Source: Phoronis australis (taxonomy: Eukaryota; Animalia; Phoronida). From it: 64,000 nucleotides of DNA. Below are positions 1-12,562 of this stretch, piece after piece; positions within the stretch are counted from its first letter, which is position 1; each line of letters opens with the position of its first letter. The notes beneath the pieces were generated by a model. That model was given only the letters and a program-made list of their open reading frames with translations. It had not been told where the DNA came from and made no database searches. The stretch is from contig NMRA01000180.1 of assembly GCA_002633005.1 (NCBI GenBank), forward strand, positions 619,955 through 683,954, read 5' to 3'. A program made the translations under genes and the position numbers.

Positions 1-1435
1 TTGATGTAGACGTTTTCATAACCTAAGGGACACATGTCCGAACTTTAAGTGAGGGCATATTTATGTGACTGTCTAAATGTCCTCGGGCAGACACTCGCAA
101 TGTTTTGAACTCACTGGATAGATTCCTAAAGAAACCGGTTTCCACAACCTATTGATAGACTAATCAATTGTTCAAAACGATTCAGATACTGTGATTTAAA
201 ACTGACCTGAGAGGGACGTTTCTTCAAACATTCGAGCAATGAATACTAGCACATTCAAACCTTTTGTTTAAGGAGATCAGATGTATTGACTCCCTACGTT
301 TAAAGGTGATGGTGTGAGACAGCCTTCTGTCATAAAATTTAATGTCATTTAGGCTATTTGATAAAACTTGTTTCGACTTGTTCCTTACAGAGATCAGAAG
401 TGAGTTCATGATTTGGGAAGAACTAACAGTTAAGAGAAGGCTCAAAAAATTTACTTGACACTGCGGGTGGTTTATGCCCTGAAGAAGTTCTGATCACTTC
501 TAATCTGAGTAAGAGTGATAGTTGCAGCGGTTCCACATTTTGAGAACTAGTTTTTTCGTATGACTAACGAGCATCAAGCGGGTTCTCAAAATCTGTTACC
601 CCTGTAAGTTACCATTGCACTGAGCAAGAAGAAAGATGAAAGCAGTTTTATGGTGTCCCTAATCAATCGTAATTTTTGACAGAAAATGAGTTTATAGCAA
701 CTTGAACATACCATAGATACAGGTTTTGTTATTTTGAGCTGTTTCATTTTTGTTGACAGCTTATATGTAGCGCTGTGTTGCCGATCCTGGGAATGGCATA
801 GTTCAATCCTTAACTTCATTATCAGATGTATGCAACAAGCACGATGTGAAACCGTTTTCCCTCGACAGCAAAGAACACTCGCAGTATTTCATCACGAACT
901 ACCTCTGGGACTGTATGGAAGTGGACTGGTGATATGTACTGACTTGGGGACTGGTCATCTGATCTGCGCAAATCATGCGCTGTGATGTTTTGTGAAGTGT
1001 TGACTCTTAGAGATTTTCACAAATGGTATGGTTTCTTCACTCTACATGTTATGGTCAGCTGACAAGAAGAAGATTTGTGATTGGCTTCATGAAGATGAAT
1101 CAACGTTGTAAATGTGACTGCCTAACCACAGATACTTTGTGTACACAGCGAAAAAAATCTGTGTCATTTTCACACTGTTCCAGGTAAATGCCGTGGTATT
1201 TGTTTAAAGTCAAGTTGTGTTGTGCTTCTGTCTGATTCTTTGGTTTTGAGCCTAGTATTGGCCCATTACCTTATGAGAAATTTATGAAAACCACACGAAA
1301 TTCTTTTCATCAAGCCCATGTCTATGGTTCATAGTACATGCTTAGTGCTGGTCTGACACTTTCAGACCAGTCGTGACTTTCCAAATGAGGAAGTCTATAG
1401 CCAGAAAATTTACAATATTTTCAGCTTACACAAAG

Positions 1436-1684
1436 CATACGCCCACCCTGGGGGGCTCAGGGCTCAAACGGGCCCCCCAATTTGGTGAAGTGGGCAAAAA
1501 GGTCCGCCTCTGAGAAACTCCAAAAAAGTAGCAAACGAGATAAAAGTCCACTAAAAAGGCAGGAAATACCAAAATTCCGCAAATGAACAATTCATAGCTC
1601 TGAAGGTACCATGTGAATCTTAGTAAAAGGTCCACATTCCCAAAAATTTGAGCCCCCCCATTGTTTAGGCTGGGTGCGCGCATG
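1436..1684. mobile_element. MITE, CATGCGCGCACCC-terminus family, copy 1
   Basis: Inverted termini CATACGCCCACCC...GGGTGCGCGCATG with a 5-bp direct repeat CAAAG on both sides. Internal motifs (aaaaggtccgc, aaaaggtccac, tttgagcccc) are shared with the copies at 46436 and 54525. Confidence 0.75.
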
Positions 1685-1884
1685 CAAAGCACACTGGAGA
1701 CTGGAACTCTCTGTAGCTGTGTTTATTAAAGTAAAACCACAATTTACATTACAATAAACACTTAAGAGTTAACAATATGCAGTTATGAATGTACAACAAC
1801 ACAGACTCGCTCTGGGATAAAAAATCTAGAGTTTTAGCTATAGAGTAAATCTACAAGGTGCCATCTTATTTTCAAATTCAATAT

Positions 1885-3990
1885 ATTTAAAGTTTTTATT
1901 AAAAAATAAATTTTTCAGCTTTGAGGTGATCTAGAATTAATATTTTTGTTGATCTAAACTGAGGGTTGGGGGGGGGAAGTTATATTATTAGTCTACTTTT
2001 ATATAATGTGAAATGTAGTTAAATAAATTATGAGATTAATATGTGGTGTGCCAATTTTCACAAACAAAATATCTATAAGTGTTAAATTAAGGGCTTCTGA
2101 TGGTTTTCCAAGAAAATCATAATTCGAAAGAATGTCAAAAGTGTTTGATAATAGGACAAAACCAGAAAAGATAAATGAGGCGTTCAGATTCCTCTTTACA
2201 AAAAATGCATGTAGTCCTTGAGTCCAATTTTATGTAAAACGGAATTGCAGCTAATTATATGGGATGTCTCAATTGAAAGGATACCAAACCCTATGAACAG
2301 TTACTAAAAACGAATTTCCCGTCCAGTTCTCAGAAACAAAATATGTCTCTGTAACCCTCAAAAATTGGGAGGTAAATTTAAAAGCTCCTTTCAAAGTCTG
2401 CTAAAGGGGCACGCGTGACCTACGCTTTTAGCCAATTACATATCAACTGTGGCAAAAGACCACCCACCAAGGGCCATCATGTCTAATTTGTGAAATAGGG
2501 GGTGTGAGTTTTTAGATTGACGGCAATGGTGCATTAGCAGATGACAGAACGAGGATTGGTTGAAATCATGTAACAAGGTTTAATATCCTTTTAAGTTGTG
2601 TATCCGAAAAAAACAAAAAGATGATTTGTGTATTTTTCCCACCACTCCTGCCCCGGAGAAATATTGAAGCAGTTTCCCCACTTGAATTCAGATCTTGTTT
2701 TTTACAGGAACTGTTAATTTAAGTGAGTATAAGATTTTTATTTGAATACTCTCTAAATTAGTGGGAAAAAACAAATTTGACGTACCATCCTCTGAAACGA
2801 GAAGCATTAGGAAATTTTGAGTTGTACCATAACGGCTCGGACACGAAATCGTGTTTTTCTAATTTATTTTTTGGGATAACCACATGGGTGTGCAAAAATC
2901 TCCTTCAGGAAGTACACGTAATTAATTACCTTTTTCGCAAAAAGCTTTAAAATAGAATCACTAAAGTGCAACAATTTACAAATTGGTGAGGAAAAACAAG
3001 TCTTAATTGCCGTAATGGTCCGTCTTTGTTAAGATTTAATTTGTTGGTCCATGAAAATTGTTTTAAAAGAGATAAAACTCTTAACGAAGGATTCAACATG
3101 CATTAATTTACAACCCAACTGCCTTAGAGAACTCTTACCATTGTTATTCTACTGATTGTATCAATCGTAGCCTGCCAAATAAAAACAAGAAACTAATTTT
3201 TATTGTTTTCGGTGATGGTGATGTGGTAGAAATAAATGACCGGGCCAACTTAGAAATCATGACAAATGATTTCAACAGTTATTCCACCAAAAGTTGTTAT
3301 ATTCCTTGTTGACCATATTTTCCAGTTTCTCCTAGTTCTCACCGAAATTGAGGCCAGGAATGTCCGAAAGAGTTAAGCTGAACTTTCAATACAGAAAAAT
3401 GAGATTTAGACCAAACAAGACCGGAATCTTAGACATAAGCAATCGTCCCTGAAACGTTCGCTACCAATCCACACACACAGTTTTTATCCATATTTGGTTT
3501 AACCTGGATATTTAAAAATGGTCCAACAATTTTAAAGGATGTTTTAGAGATTCGCAGAAGCCATCGAGTATCAAAATCATGTCATCGTTTTGGTTTTATG
3601 AATAAGTTCATTTATTACTATTAGACATGCCGTTGAACAATAAAACTGGATAGAATCTTATAATTGACAATGAGCAAACATATAGACCTCCATTTTTTTT
3701 CTAATACTCTCTTTGCCAGGCTACTTTTGGTTTCACGGAATGCCACCTATTAATTTCCATGGAAACTAATTGTTCGGGGCTACTTTTCAGTTTCAGATCA
3801 GTAATGGTCTGAGGTTCCACCAAAGACTACGACAGGTCTATGGTTCCACGACAGTTGAACTTTAGCAAATTTTTATTAGTAGCATTGAGTAACTTTAAAA
3901 CATTGAAAATAGAATGGCTAATTCGATATAACGAAACTTGTCAATTGACAAATCTTGACAAACCCTTCCTCATTTTCAAATTCTCGGAGG
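1885..3990 (-). mobile_element. Decayed L1/Tx1-type non-LTR retrotransposon fragment (ORF2 RT domain to C-terminus)
   Basis: Manual minus-strand translation gives interrupted motifs: NDDMILILDGFCESLK (YADD region, ~3590-3540), VWIGSERF (~3480-3455), WSTRNITTFGGITV (~3320-3275), SEPLWYNS (~2845-2820) and CIFCKEESERLIYLFWFCP (zinc knuckle, ~2210-2150). Many stops and frameshifts; ends are approximate. Confidence 0.75.
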
Positions 3991-5312
3991 ATAGGTACTT
4001 GGCGTCATAACTGACAGAACTCTTGCAGCAATAGCTTGGCTGAAACGGCGTATTCTGGTAACCTCTCAATATACATGGGTGCATAAGTTGCTGTCGTCTC
4101 TGTCCGGAGGGGGGGGGNTCAGTTGCTAGCTGTATCTCCCAATACCCTTGTATTGGAATCTCACTGAGATTTGGCAGACTGTGTGTCTATGAACCTTACG
4201 TAAGACTGACCTGTTTCGGATCGATACGACTACGCTGATTAGTGGCAATTCTATTTTTTAGGTTTGCCTCTTTATCGTGGAAGTTCCTTGTTGGGTTCTC
4301 TAAAAATTTAGTACATAGGTGTCTATTAAGGAGATAAAATTGGGGCAGATTAGACGTAGTTTGCGCCAACTAAGTAGTGGACATTTTTGTTATTTAAAAG
4401 TCCGTTTGGACGTCCGCCTCTCTGTCTTCGAAACTGCTTTTGGACTGTACTTTGTAATAGAAACATTTCCCGTGGTGATCACAGTATCTCAAAAAATAAC
4501 TGTGGAAATTGTGCTGATTTGCAGAATTTGAGGTAAGGACTGTATTGCAATTAAGAGGCAGATTTTACGCTACGGCCGGGAGGCGACGGAGAGTTGAACA
4601 CTGCGAGCAGAAGGTTACCTCAGTAAAAAAGCCCAGGTCTTAACTTCTTGTAGGGACCTTGGCTCTCAGTGTAGATATACTGTATGCACCCATAACGAAA
4701 CGTTTTTGTTGGAGTTGAGTTAGATTTTGTCTGATTTTACTGGCCGGTGACGTTATTTAGCTTGATCTATTTACATGATGTATGATGACCAGACTGAAAC
4801 TTCAGCGAGGCCCAAAAATAGCCACCTGATCACTATGCGTCGAAATTTTCATCGCTAAATCTTTTCTGTTTTTAGAGCAGTAAAGCTGCTATTTCAGGAA
4901 GGATGGCTTGACTAATGATTTAGGTAACCTAAATGATTGAGCCCAATAAAATTTGGCGTTGTACACGCGAATTTACTCCACCACCGGACTGCACACCAAC
5001 CGTGATATACAGCTTCTACCATTGAATACGGCCTCTACCGTGATCTACAGATTGGTTCTACTTTCCCGTATATCACACTTGAATACGTCACATGTACAAT
5101 GACTATATTTTCATATATATGGGATAATTCTTGTTTTATGTAAATGATTCAAATATCGTATTAATGACATATTTGTTCGCGGCTCACAACGTAATTCCCG
5201 TTATCCGTACGCTATCAAAAAGCAAATATAACTACATATAACTAGTCTGCCGTCGACAACCAGAAACCCCACACACATATTCGAAACAGTTAAGAACTGG
5301 AGCTATACGAAA

Positions 5313-6455
5313 ATGGGGTTCTCCGTTTCGTCGTGCTTCCTTTTCTTCTTGGTAGGAGTGTACGGTTCCAAGGCGTTGTCATTTCCACCAACTGCCCGTC
5401 CACCAACGACTCATCCACCAACTAGACCTACGATAAACATCGGTTGTTACGATGGCATGAAATTGTATCCACCGGGGTCTAAAGTTATAGAAGGGCTATG
5501 TCCGAAATACTGCAGAGCTGGCGGGAGGTGGCAATACGTTGATACATTTGAGTGTATTTTCGGATACAAATCGACGACATCACCAAAGACAACCGTTCCT
5601 AAGACAACAGTGGCCATGACAACCGTGCCATCTGGATGTTTCTATAGACTAAGATGGTACACCCATGGAGATGTTATTCGATACGTTGCATGTGAAGTGA
5701 AGTTTTGTGACCACGGTAACGTGAGATTCATCCGCTTGCATGCATGTACGACACCACCGACACCAACAACAACCACGAGATCTGAAAATTGCTTCTTCAA
5801 CAATAAATGGTATAGGAATGGAGACCCTATACCATCGAGAGGTTGCGAGTACAAGTACTGCCACTTCGGCGGCGTTAGAACTACGTTCCTTCCTTGCACT
5901 AGGCCACCTACAATAATTGCTTCAACTCCATCTTTTTCGAAGACAGACGGGTGCTTTTACAATGGTCGCTGGTACAAACCGTGGGAGCAAGTGGGTAGAG
6001 GAGACTGCTGGGGGTCTTATTGCCATCCTCATTCTAACATGGTTACTCGATGGGACGACTGTAATAAAACTACACCTTATCCTAAACATCCCACTACCAT
6101 GCCTTTGGGCTGTTTTGAAAATGGGCGCTGGTATGCTCCTGGAGCAGAAATTTCACGAGGGCAAACAGGAAACTGGTGTTATGGTACCACGTGTTCTAAC
6201 GGTGGAGTAATCACGTCATGGGACAATTTCAATTGTTTCACCACCCGCACGCCTCATACAACGATCCTGCATTCCACCCGACGTTCCCCGCGCCAGGCCC
6301 CTACGGGGTTCCAGCCAACCACTCCCTTTGGGTGTTATGAGAACGGTAAACGGTACGCACCAGGGGAGGAAATGTCCCGCAGTAAGAATGGCTGTTCCGG
6401 TTCGTACTGCTCATGGAATGGAATGATTCTGCATTGGGACAAGTTTAATTGTTGA
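5313..6455 (+). CDS. Secreted Cys-rich repeat / mucin-like protein (380 aa): signal peptide plus six 4-Cys modules separated by Pro/Thr-rich linkers
   Basis: Single long ORF with hydrophobic N-terminus MGFSVSSCFLFFLVGVYG and an AAAATGG start context. Six repeats of GCxxxGxxYxxGxxI...C...C..xG...WDxxxC, loosely like VWC/FN1 modules, with TT/PT linkers. The frame continues beyond the TGA (see findings). Confidence 0.85.
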   Translation: MGFSVSSCFLFFLVGVYGSKALSFPPTARPPTTHPPTRPTINIGCYDGMKLYPPGSKVIEGLCPKYCRAGGRWQYVDTFECIFGYKSTTSPKTTVPKTTVAMTTVPSGCFYRLRWYTHGDVIRYVACEVKFCDHGNVRFIRLHACTTPPTPTTTTRSENCFFNNKWYRNGDPIPSRGCEYKYCHFGGVRTTFLPCTRPPTIIASTPSFSKTDGCFYNGRWYKPWEQVGRGDCWGSYCHPHSNMVTRWDDCNKTTPYPKHPTTMPLGCFENGRWYAPGAEISRGQTGNWCYGTTCSNGGVITSWDNFNCFTTRTPHTTILHSTRRSPRQAPTGFQPTTPFGCYENGKRYAPGEEMSRSKNGCSGSYCSWNGMILHWDKFNC

Positions 6456-6775
6456 ATAAATCAGCCACCAAGCCCATCGTCACAGACTACACCACCAACG
6501 ACTTCACCCCAACCAAGCACTACTACGCGTCCTCCAACGACAACATGCGGCGGTAATTGTCCGTTGTACTGTTACAAAGATGGTCAACTTTTCCCCAAAG
6601 GAAAGGAGTTGTCTCGCAGGACAACTTTCAGTCCCAACGGTCAAATCATCTGTTACGGCATTTATTGCAGCGACAATGGTAAGGTCTTCTGGAAGGATCC
6701 CACCTGTAGAAAGACCACACTATCTTTGTTGATACGTCTCCACCTACTACGATTCTACACATTATAAAGCCCTAA
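6456..6775 (+). pseudogene. In-frame post-stop extension of the Cys-repeat gene (Pro/Thr linker plus seventh 4-Cys module)
   Basis: After TGA 6453-6455 the same frame reads INQPTSPSSQTTPPTTSPQPSTTTRPPTTTCGGNCPLYCYKDGQLFPKGKELSRRTTFSPNGQIICYGIYCSDNGKVFWKDPTC up to TAA 6767. Confidence 0.6.
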
Positions 6776-6931
6776 GCTAGGAGGATAACAGTCTAATGAC
6801 TGTTTGTCATGTGAGGAAAAATAGTTGAGACTTTTGAAAATGTTCATTTGGAAAAATCATCAGATTTAGAACGTGTCCAAACTTAACCAGGAGGTAAAAT
6901 TTTGGTAGCAATGAATGTTTTGTGATCATGG

Positions 6932-7322
6932 CTCGGGGTCGAATCGTTTTTGCTCGAAATCGAACTCCGATTATTTTTGGTAATTTCTATTCTACCATTA
7001 AGCGAACTCAAGACAAGTGTATATTATCTTGGCCTCGAGTACATAACAGCTTACGTGGATAACTGCATTTTAATTTTCATGACCCCATCATCAAGGCTAA
7101 AAGCTCGAATCTGCAATCGACATTAATTTGTGTTTCCAATCAAGTTGGGAGGTTGAGTTTAGGATTCATGAAGTACGAACTTGGACTAAATACTCCCGCA
7201 TAAACCATAACGTTATCGAGTACAGACTAGTAGACTCATATCTTGAGTTCACACAAAGGTAGAACGAATAATGCAAAAAGAAATTTCGAGTTCAGTTTCG
7301 AGTACAAAGATTAGACCCCAGG
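6932..7322. mobile_element. MITE-like element with ~35-bp imperfect terminal inverted repeats
   Basis: Left ggggtcgaatcgtttttgctcgaaatcgaactc; right gagttcagtttcgagtacaaagattagacccc. A related partial copy lies at ~15460-15625. Confidence 0.55.
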
Positions 7323-8715
7323 ACGGTGCACTGATATTGTTTTCCTGATTAGTCTCAATAAAGAACGATGCGGCAATGCAAACTAATTTTGTTCTAATTT
7401 GTACTTATTCGCGTCAGCTGGATTACCAGTAGCAAGTATCTTTCAAATGGTTTTACACTTTCGCCATCGCCTTGATGAATTCTGAGGGTGTTACACTTTT
7501 AAATGCAATTTCTATTGCAACGTTTTTCAAACATTTTAAAGCAGGTGTAAACAGGCACTCAATTCAAGGTTTAGATTTAAACCCCTTACCGATATAAAAT
7601 TGGTTTCAAGTTGTCCCTTTCACAAATGAGAAGGGATTTCTGGGTTTGAAAGAACTGACGGTTGGTCATTCTTTGAATCCTCACGCGGCGCATAAAATAA
7701 CACACGGTGTGACAAGTTAACTTGTAGAGACTGGTCGGGAGCAATACCTTGATTCCACTTCCATTTTTTTGCAATACTGTTTGAGACCAATTTCAAGACC
7801 GTGATTGTCAGTGGTTTAAATCAAAAGTTGTTTTTTGAGATGGAAGGTGGGTTTAATACCACTTTAACGTGATTTAAACTTATGAGATTTTAAAAAGCTT
7901 TAATTTTATAAAAAAACATCAGCGGTCTTCTGGTTGAATCAAGCAAAACACCAAAAATGTCATGGTCACATATTTAAGAAGTAATATTTATGGAATTGTA
8001 ATTATTGGCCATTTGAATGACTCGACTTTCGACGACTCTCTATGGTAATTTTATCAAAATACGCGTATAAGCTAATATACAATCAAAATCACAATTTAAT
8101 TTGAGATACTCTGTACGCACTTCTGCCTTGGGAACGCCGCCATAGGTTCGATTGATTTCGACATCTGAGAATATTTGCTGCTGAAGACAGTGTCACGTGA
8201 TCTAGAAAGTCGGCAGTCCTGCTGACGAGAACAGTAACACATTTGTGAAGCGAATTTTTGAGATTTTCGGTTCTGCTTTAAAAGGCCCGTAGCCAGCTTT
8301 CTTGGGGGGTGGTTCGAATGTCTAGAACGGTGGACCTTTGAAGTTTTGCAAACTTCGACACTATTGAGTTTTCGGTAAGGCCCTTGACGCAGCTTAATTA
8401 GGGGGAAGGGAAATCTATATACACAACGACGACTCTCAGCCCTATGTTCCCAAGATCAGACGGAATTCGTAGTACCAGAAATGAGGGTTGCTTGCAAAGA
8501 ACGGGACTCAAATTCAGGTGTAGCCTAATGTCCACAAAGAGAACGTTCTCGCCATACCTCCTGCCAAACTTTCAAATCATGCGTGCTTATACGAGTAATT
8601 ACACCTCAGTACATACTCGGACGGAAATATTTAGTAGTATGACAACTTGACGAATTTTTTATCTGGTTGTAGTTTTGCATGTTTTGCTTGTTAGTTGCTT
8701 ACATCGCTGGAAATG

Positions 8716-10252
8716 GGAACACGCCACTATTCCGAAGGTTCACTATTCCGAATGTTCACCATTCCGAAGATTTACTACTTCAAAGGTTCATCGTACTCCG
8801 CAAGTTTCACTACTCCAAAAATATTTGAAATTTCGGAATCACATGTATTTTTTATACTTTTACATGCAAAAATAAATGATACTTCAGTTATCAGATGCAT
8901 TGAATGGTGTACCCATGACAGCGTTTTCCCGTTCTGTGACTTTTCCAGACGAAGGGGGGTTCTGAGCGTGTGATAACATCTAGCTTCTTTGTTAACTGCC
9001 AAGCACACTCTTTTGACTGTTATGACAACAGGCACGCCAATTATGTACGAGGCTTATCTACAAACCACGTGTGAACTCCGTCAAACCCAGAGTGAATTGG
9101 TACCTTCGGAAAGAATAGATTATCGTAACTTCGGTTGCAGTTGGGCGATTTTGGCGATTCAAAAACTAAACATAATCACCATTTGACGAGGGTTTCAGAA
9201 ATGCTATTGGCTTATGTTCAAATATGTTATAACTTAACTTTTATTTTTAACAGCATAGCCCAGTCAGGGTAGATAGGACTTTTAGGAGATTAGAGCAATT
9301 ATCAGAGTTGGCCCTCCAGCCATAAATGTCGGAGTTAATCAGTCGTGTAAGATATTGGTTACAGGGGTAAACTTCCCAACTTGTTGTTGGGCTACAGAAT
9401 CGAACAAGTTGGGAGCAACGGGATAACGCCGTAATGTATACCGAAAACAACGCCCGAGTTCTATGCGTATGTGAAATTGCCTGGTACGTACTTGGTTTTT
9501 AAGAAATATATGAAGTAGGAACATTCGTCAGTTATCAACCACGATACATTCATCAAATCCATGTCGAGGTCACATCATTTCACAGCGCGACTGAAAAGTT
9601 TTGCGCCTCAACCTCACCCTCCGGAACCACGCGCACGGCCGGGTCCAAACTAAATGTAGTTATAGTAAACAATATAATCAATGTTTTAAGAACTATTCAA
9701 CTCTTGAATGCCCTTTAATGGTTACTAAATGGGCATAAATACACAACTTTATCATGTCAATTCCTACTCATTAGCAGACAATCAGAGTAATGACTGTCGG
9801 AATTCTCGAGAGCATGTTCGCTTAGATTTCCAAGATGGCGCCCTGCGAAGGCTTCACGTCTGCAACATATGAACCCATTATGGTTCTGCAACACGAAAAC
9901 TAACCTCAAAAGTTGACCGACTCATCCGAAACTGCGACTTAAATTGCGGGTCGCTGTAGCGAGGAACAGTTTCCTCGACATAATTTTCGATTCTTGTCGG
10001 GCCAAAGCCTTGACGGTTGTTGTCTTGGGCTGCCGATATTAATAATTATTGGCAAAGATTAATCATATTTATCGCTCAGTACGCCATAGGAAGACTGTTA
10101 GTGTTAAGCTCATCGGCTAAGACGTTCAACACAATCTGCTTATCAGTCACCATACTGGATCGCACAGTGAGCGCAGCGAACCTTCGGAGGAGTGAACCTT
10201 CACGGTAGTGAACCTTCGGAGTAGTGACTCTTCGGTACAGGTAACTTTGGAA
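8716..10252. repeat. Inverted arrays of a ~15-bp unit (TTCACTATTCCGAAG) bounding a putative foldback-type element
   Basis: About 6 tandem units at 8722-8820. Reverse-complement units (gtgaaccttcggagtagt) at 10178-10250, with a degenerate set near 9095-9135. Confidence 0.5.
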
Positions 10253-10419
10253 TGCTTTCCATCAATGTTGTTGCTCGTATGAAGTCTGCGAGGCCGTGCA
10301 TCATTGACACTGATTGACAAGAGAAGACTTTCTTCATTTATTAGGCCTAGACCTGCTTTTCCATAACGACGAAGACTGCCTGTAGTGTTCTTGATACCGC
10401 CGGGGTCTACTGAATTTAA

Positions 10420-12103
10420 AGGAGAATGCCACCCAAAAAACAATCTATTCAATTTAGATCGAATAGTTCTACTCGATAACGGCACGTTCGGTTGCGTTAC
10501 CTGACACCTGACGGCAGACAGAGGTCGGGTGTTGAAATTATCCAATGACGTAATTGGTTTCACACGCAGTCTGTTCAGCAGTTCACAACACGGGTTACTG
10601 GTGTCAGCTTATCGCTTAAATTCATCGTTTAACAGCAATTAATCATCAAACTTCGATGTAAAACCCTTAAAAACACACCGAGTTCTTATAAAAACGTGTT
10701 GTTTTATTTCGCTGTTACGTGTTTACTGGTATTTGGACACACCGTAGCCTACAAAGTTAGGCAGGCCAATTTACCAAGGTCCGTAGCAGGAGTATGGGGT
10801 CTGTTCGGAGATAATTTCAAAGTATTCTTCCGTGAAATACAGACAATAGAACCTAGATCTGTGTTGTTTATACTTGTGATTTTTTAGTTCTAAACACGCA
10901 AAACGCTTGTTATCCCGGCCAGTGGCTCGGAGCCCGATCACTAGGCCCGGCGTCGCGGCCGGCCGGACTGACTCCGCCCGGCCCGAGTGGCTTGGAACCC
11001 CATGAGGCCCGTCGCGGCCACCGGGACTGGCACGAACATAAACCAGCTTGAGTTGGAAAATAAACCTCCAGTCACGAAAATACTACAATAGTGAGCCAAA
11101 ACAATAATGTGCAACTAATTATTTAGCCACGAAACTGAAAATCTACTTACTTGTCGGGGGCCGCGAAGTCGGGTTCCCCTTCCACAGACAGTCATTGCAA
11201 AGGTTGTACAGTAACAATGATTTGAATAATGTATTTGTATTTCTAAATAAAGATTCCCCTAACATGTGACCATAGCATATAAAATCGAGTAATTGTTTCA
11301 CAACAGCTTTCTGTCAGCGAACACTGAATTAGCATGCGCTTACATCCAAGGCGGCCTCGGTGCCCGGTCAATTACCGTTGTTGCCGGCATCAAAAGTGAT
11401 TTATCCATTGCTGGCTTCTCAAAACATTTGCACTCACGAGCACTCCAAGGCATTACAAATTGTATCTAATGAGACAGACTTTGTTTCAGTTTCATAAGCA
11501 TTGATTAGGATGAGAGTAATTCATTTTGAAACAGAACGCAGAATAACAAACGTCCACATGGCAACTCGCCCGGCGCCAATCCCGATTTAGTCAAGAGCTC
11601 ATCCAACGAAGACTTCACGAGTCGGATCGTTAGGTTTCACAGGCTATCAGTTCGAACCGGAATACACTGATCAAGAAATACTAGAGAGGCGCCGTGATCA
11701 TGCACAGGTAACGGAACATATGGATCGTTCTTTGGTAAGCCGGGATTCGTCAGAGAAATCACTGTCGACGAAATGCCGGCCACAGACACGGAGATGTTTC
11801 ACGGCCTCATACTTGCTATTAACAGCGTACCTTTCATTTTTCACCTCCACCAGCCACTTCATAAGCATTTTGGGCTCTCGAGGAAGTCGAAAAAATGATA
11901 TATCCGCTTTCTTCGCAGCTTCATAGTTCGGACAAGCTGGGACGATGCATCACAATATAGCGGCATTCACTCTGCAGACGAACCACTGACGTTGCTGCGT
12001 CGTTTCTCACCTTCCTCACAGGTTAACGCTACACCTCTCGGCAAGGTGAGGTCGACCGATTAAGACGGTAAAAAAGATTAATTAAATCGGGTGGCATTCT
12101 CCT
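10420..12103 (+). mobile_element. Non-autonomous Kolobok-type DNA transposon (TTAA target duplication), copy 1
   Basis: TTAA|AGGAGAATGCCACCC ... GGGTGGCATTCTCCT|TTAA. Near full-length inverted homolog at 46947-48501. Internal remnant GFTGYQFEPEYTDQEILERRR at ~11633-11695. Confidence 0.85.
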
Positions 12104-12562
12104 TTAATAGAAGGGAAACGCACACACGTGTACACGCGTGCATGTCAATCCACCATTCCACAATCAAAATGGACACAACATATTGGACGGTCACTTTCAA
12201 ATCGAAATTTGAAAATGCCTGCATTTTACAGTATTATGCTAGCAAGAACACCAACGTAGGAAATAACAAACATAATTTCTGCTCTTTTGTTTCTCAGTCG
12301 ACTTTTGACTTGAGGCAGTCAGACGCACTACTTTTGGGATCTCTCGCGCGCTGCTTAGCTGAGATACGCACAGACATTTACTTCTAGACTCCCTATGTAG
12401 CCACCACGCGCGTTCAATGTCGATGAATAATATAAAGTCGCCTGTAATCGTCTGCACGATCCTGTCATCTGCGCAAATACCATTCGGCGAAGTTGGCCGG
12501 GTACGGCTCGGTGATCAGGTGACGCGCTTTGAATCAGAAGCAAATTCGAGTCAAAATTATTA

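Noticed and set aside
1-1080. Possible coding exon or transposase on the minus strand (ORFs 224..445 and 586..819)
   Set aside because: The frames I checked are interrupted by stops and contain no recognisable motif.
6790-6835. ATGA...GA stem-loop as a candidate SECIS for the TGA at 6453
   Set aside because: There is no AA at the canonical distance from ATGA, the helix is too short, and the TGA does not align with a module Cys.
7540-8277. TTAA|AGCAG ... CTGCT|TTAA as a possible Kolobok MITE
   Set aside because: The inverted match is only 5 bp and no second copy was seen, so it could be chance.
8722-8820. Short regularly repeated units resembling a CRISPR array (also 34220-34410)
   Set aside because: The units are directly tandem and degenerate with no unique spacers, the context is eukaryotic, and there are no cas genes.
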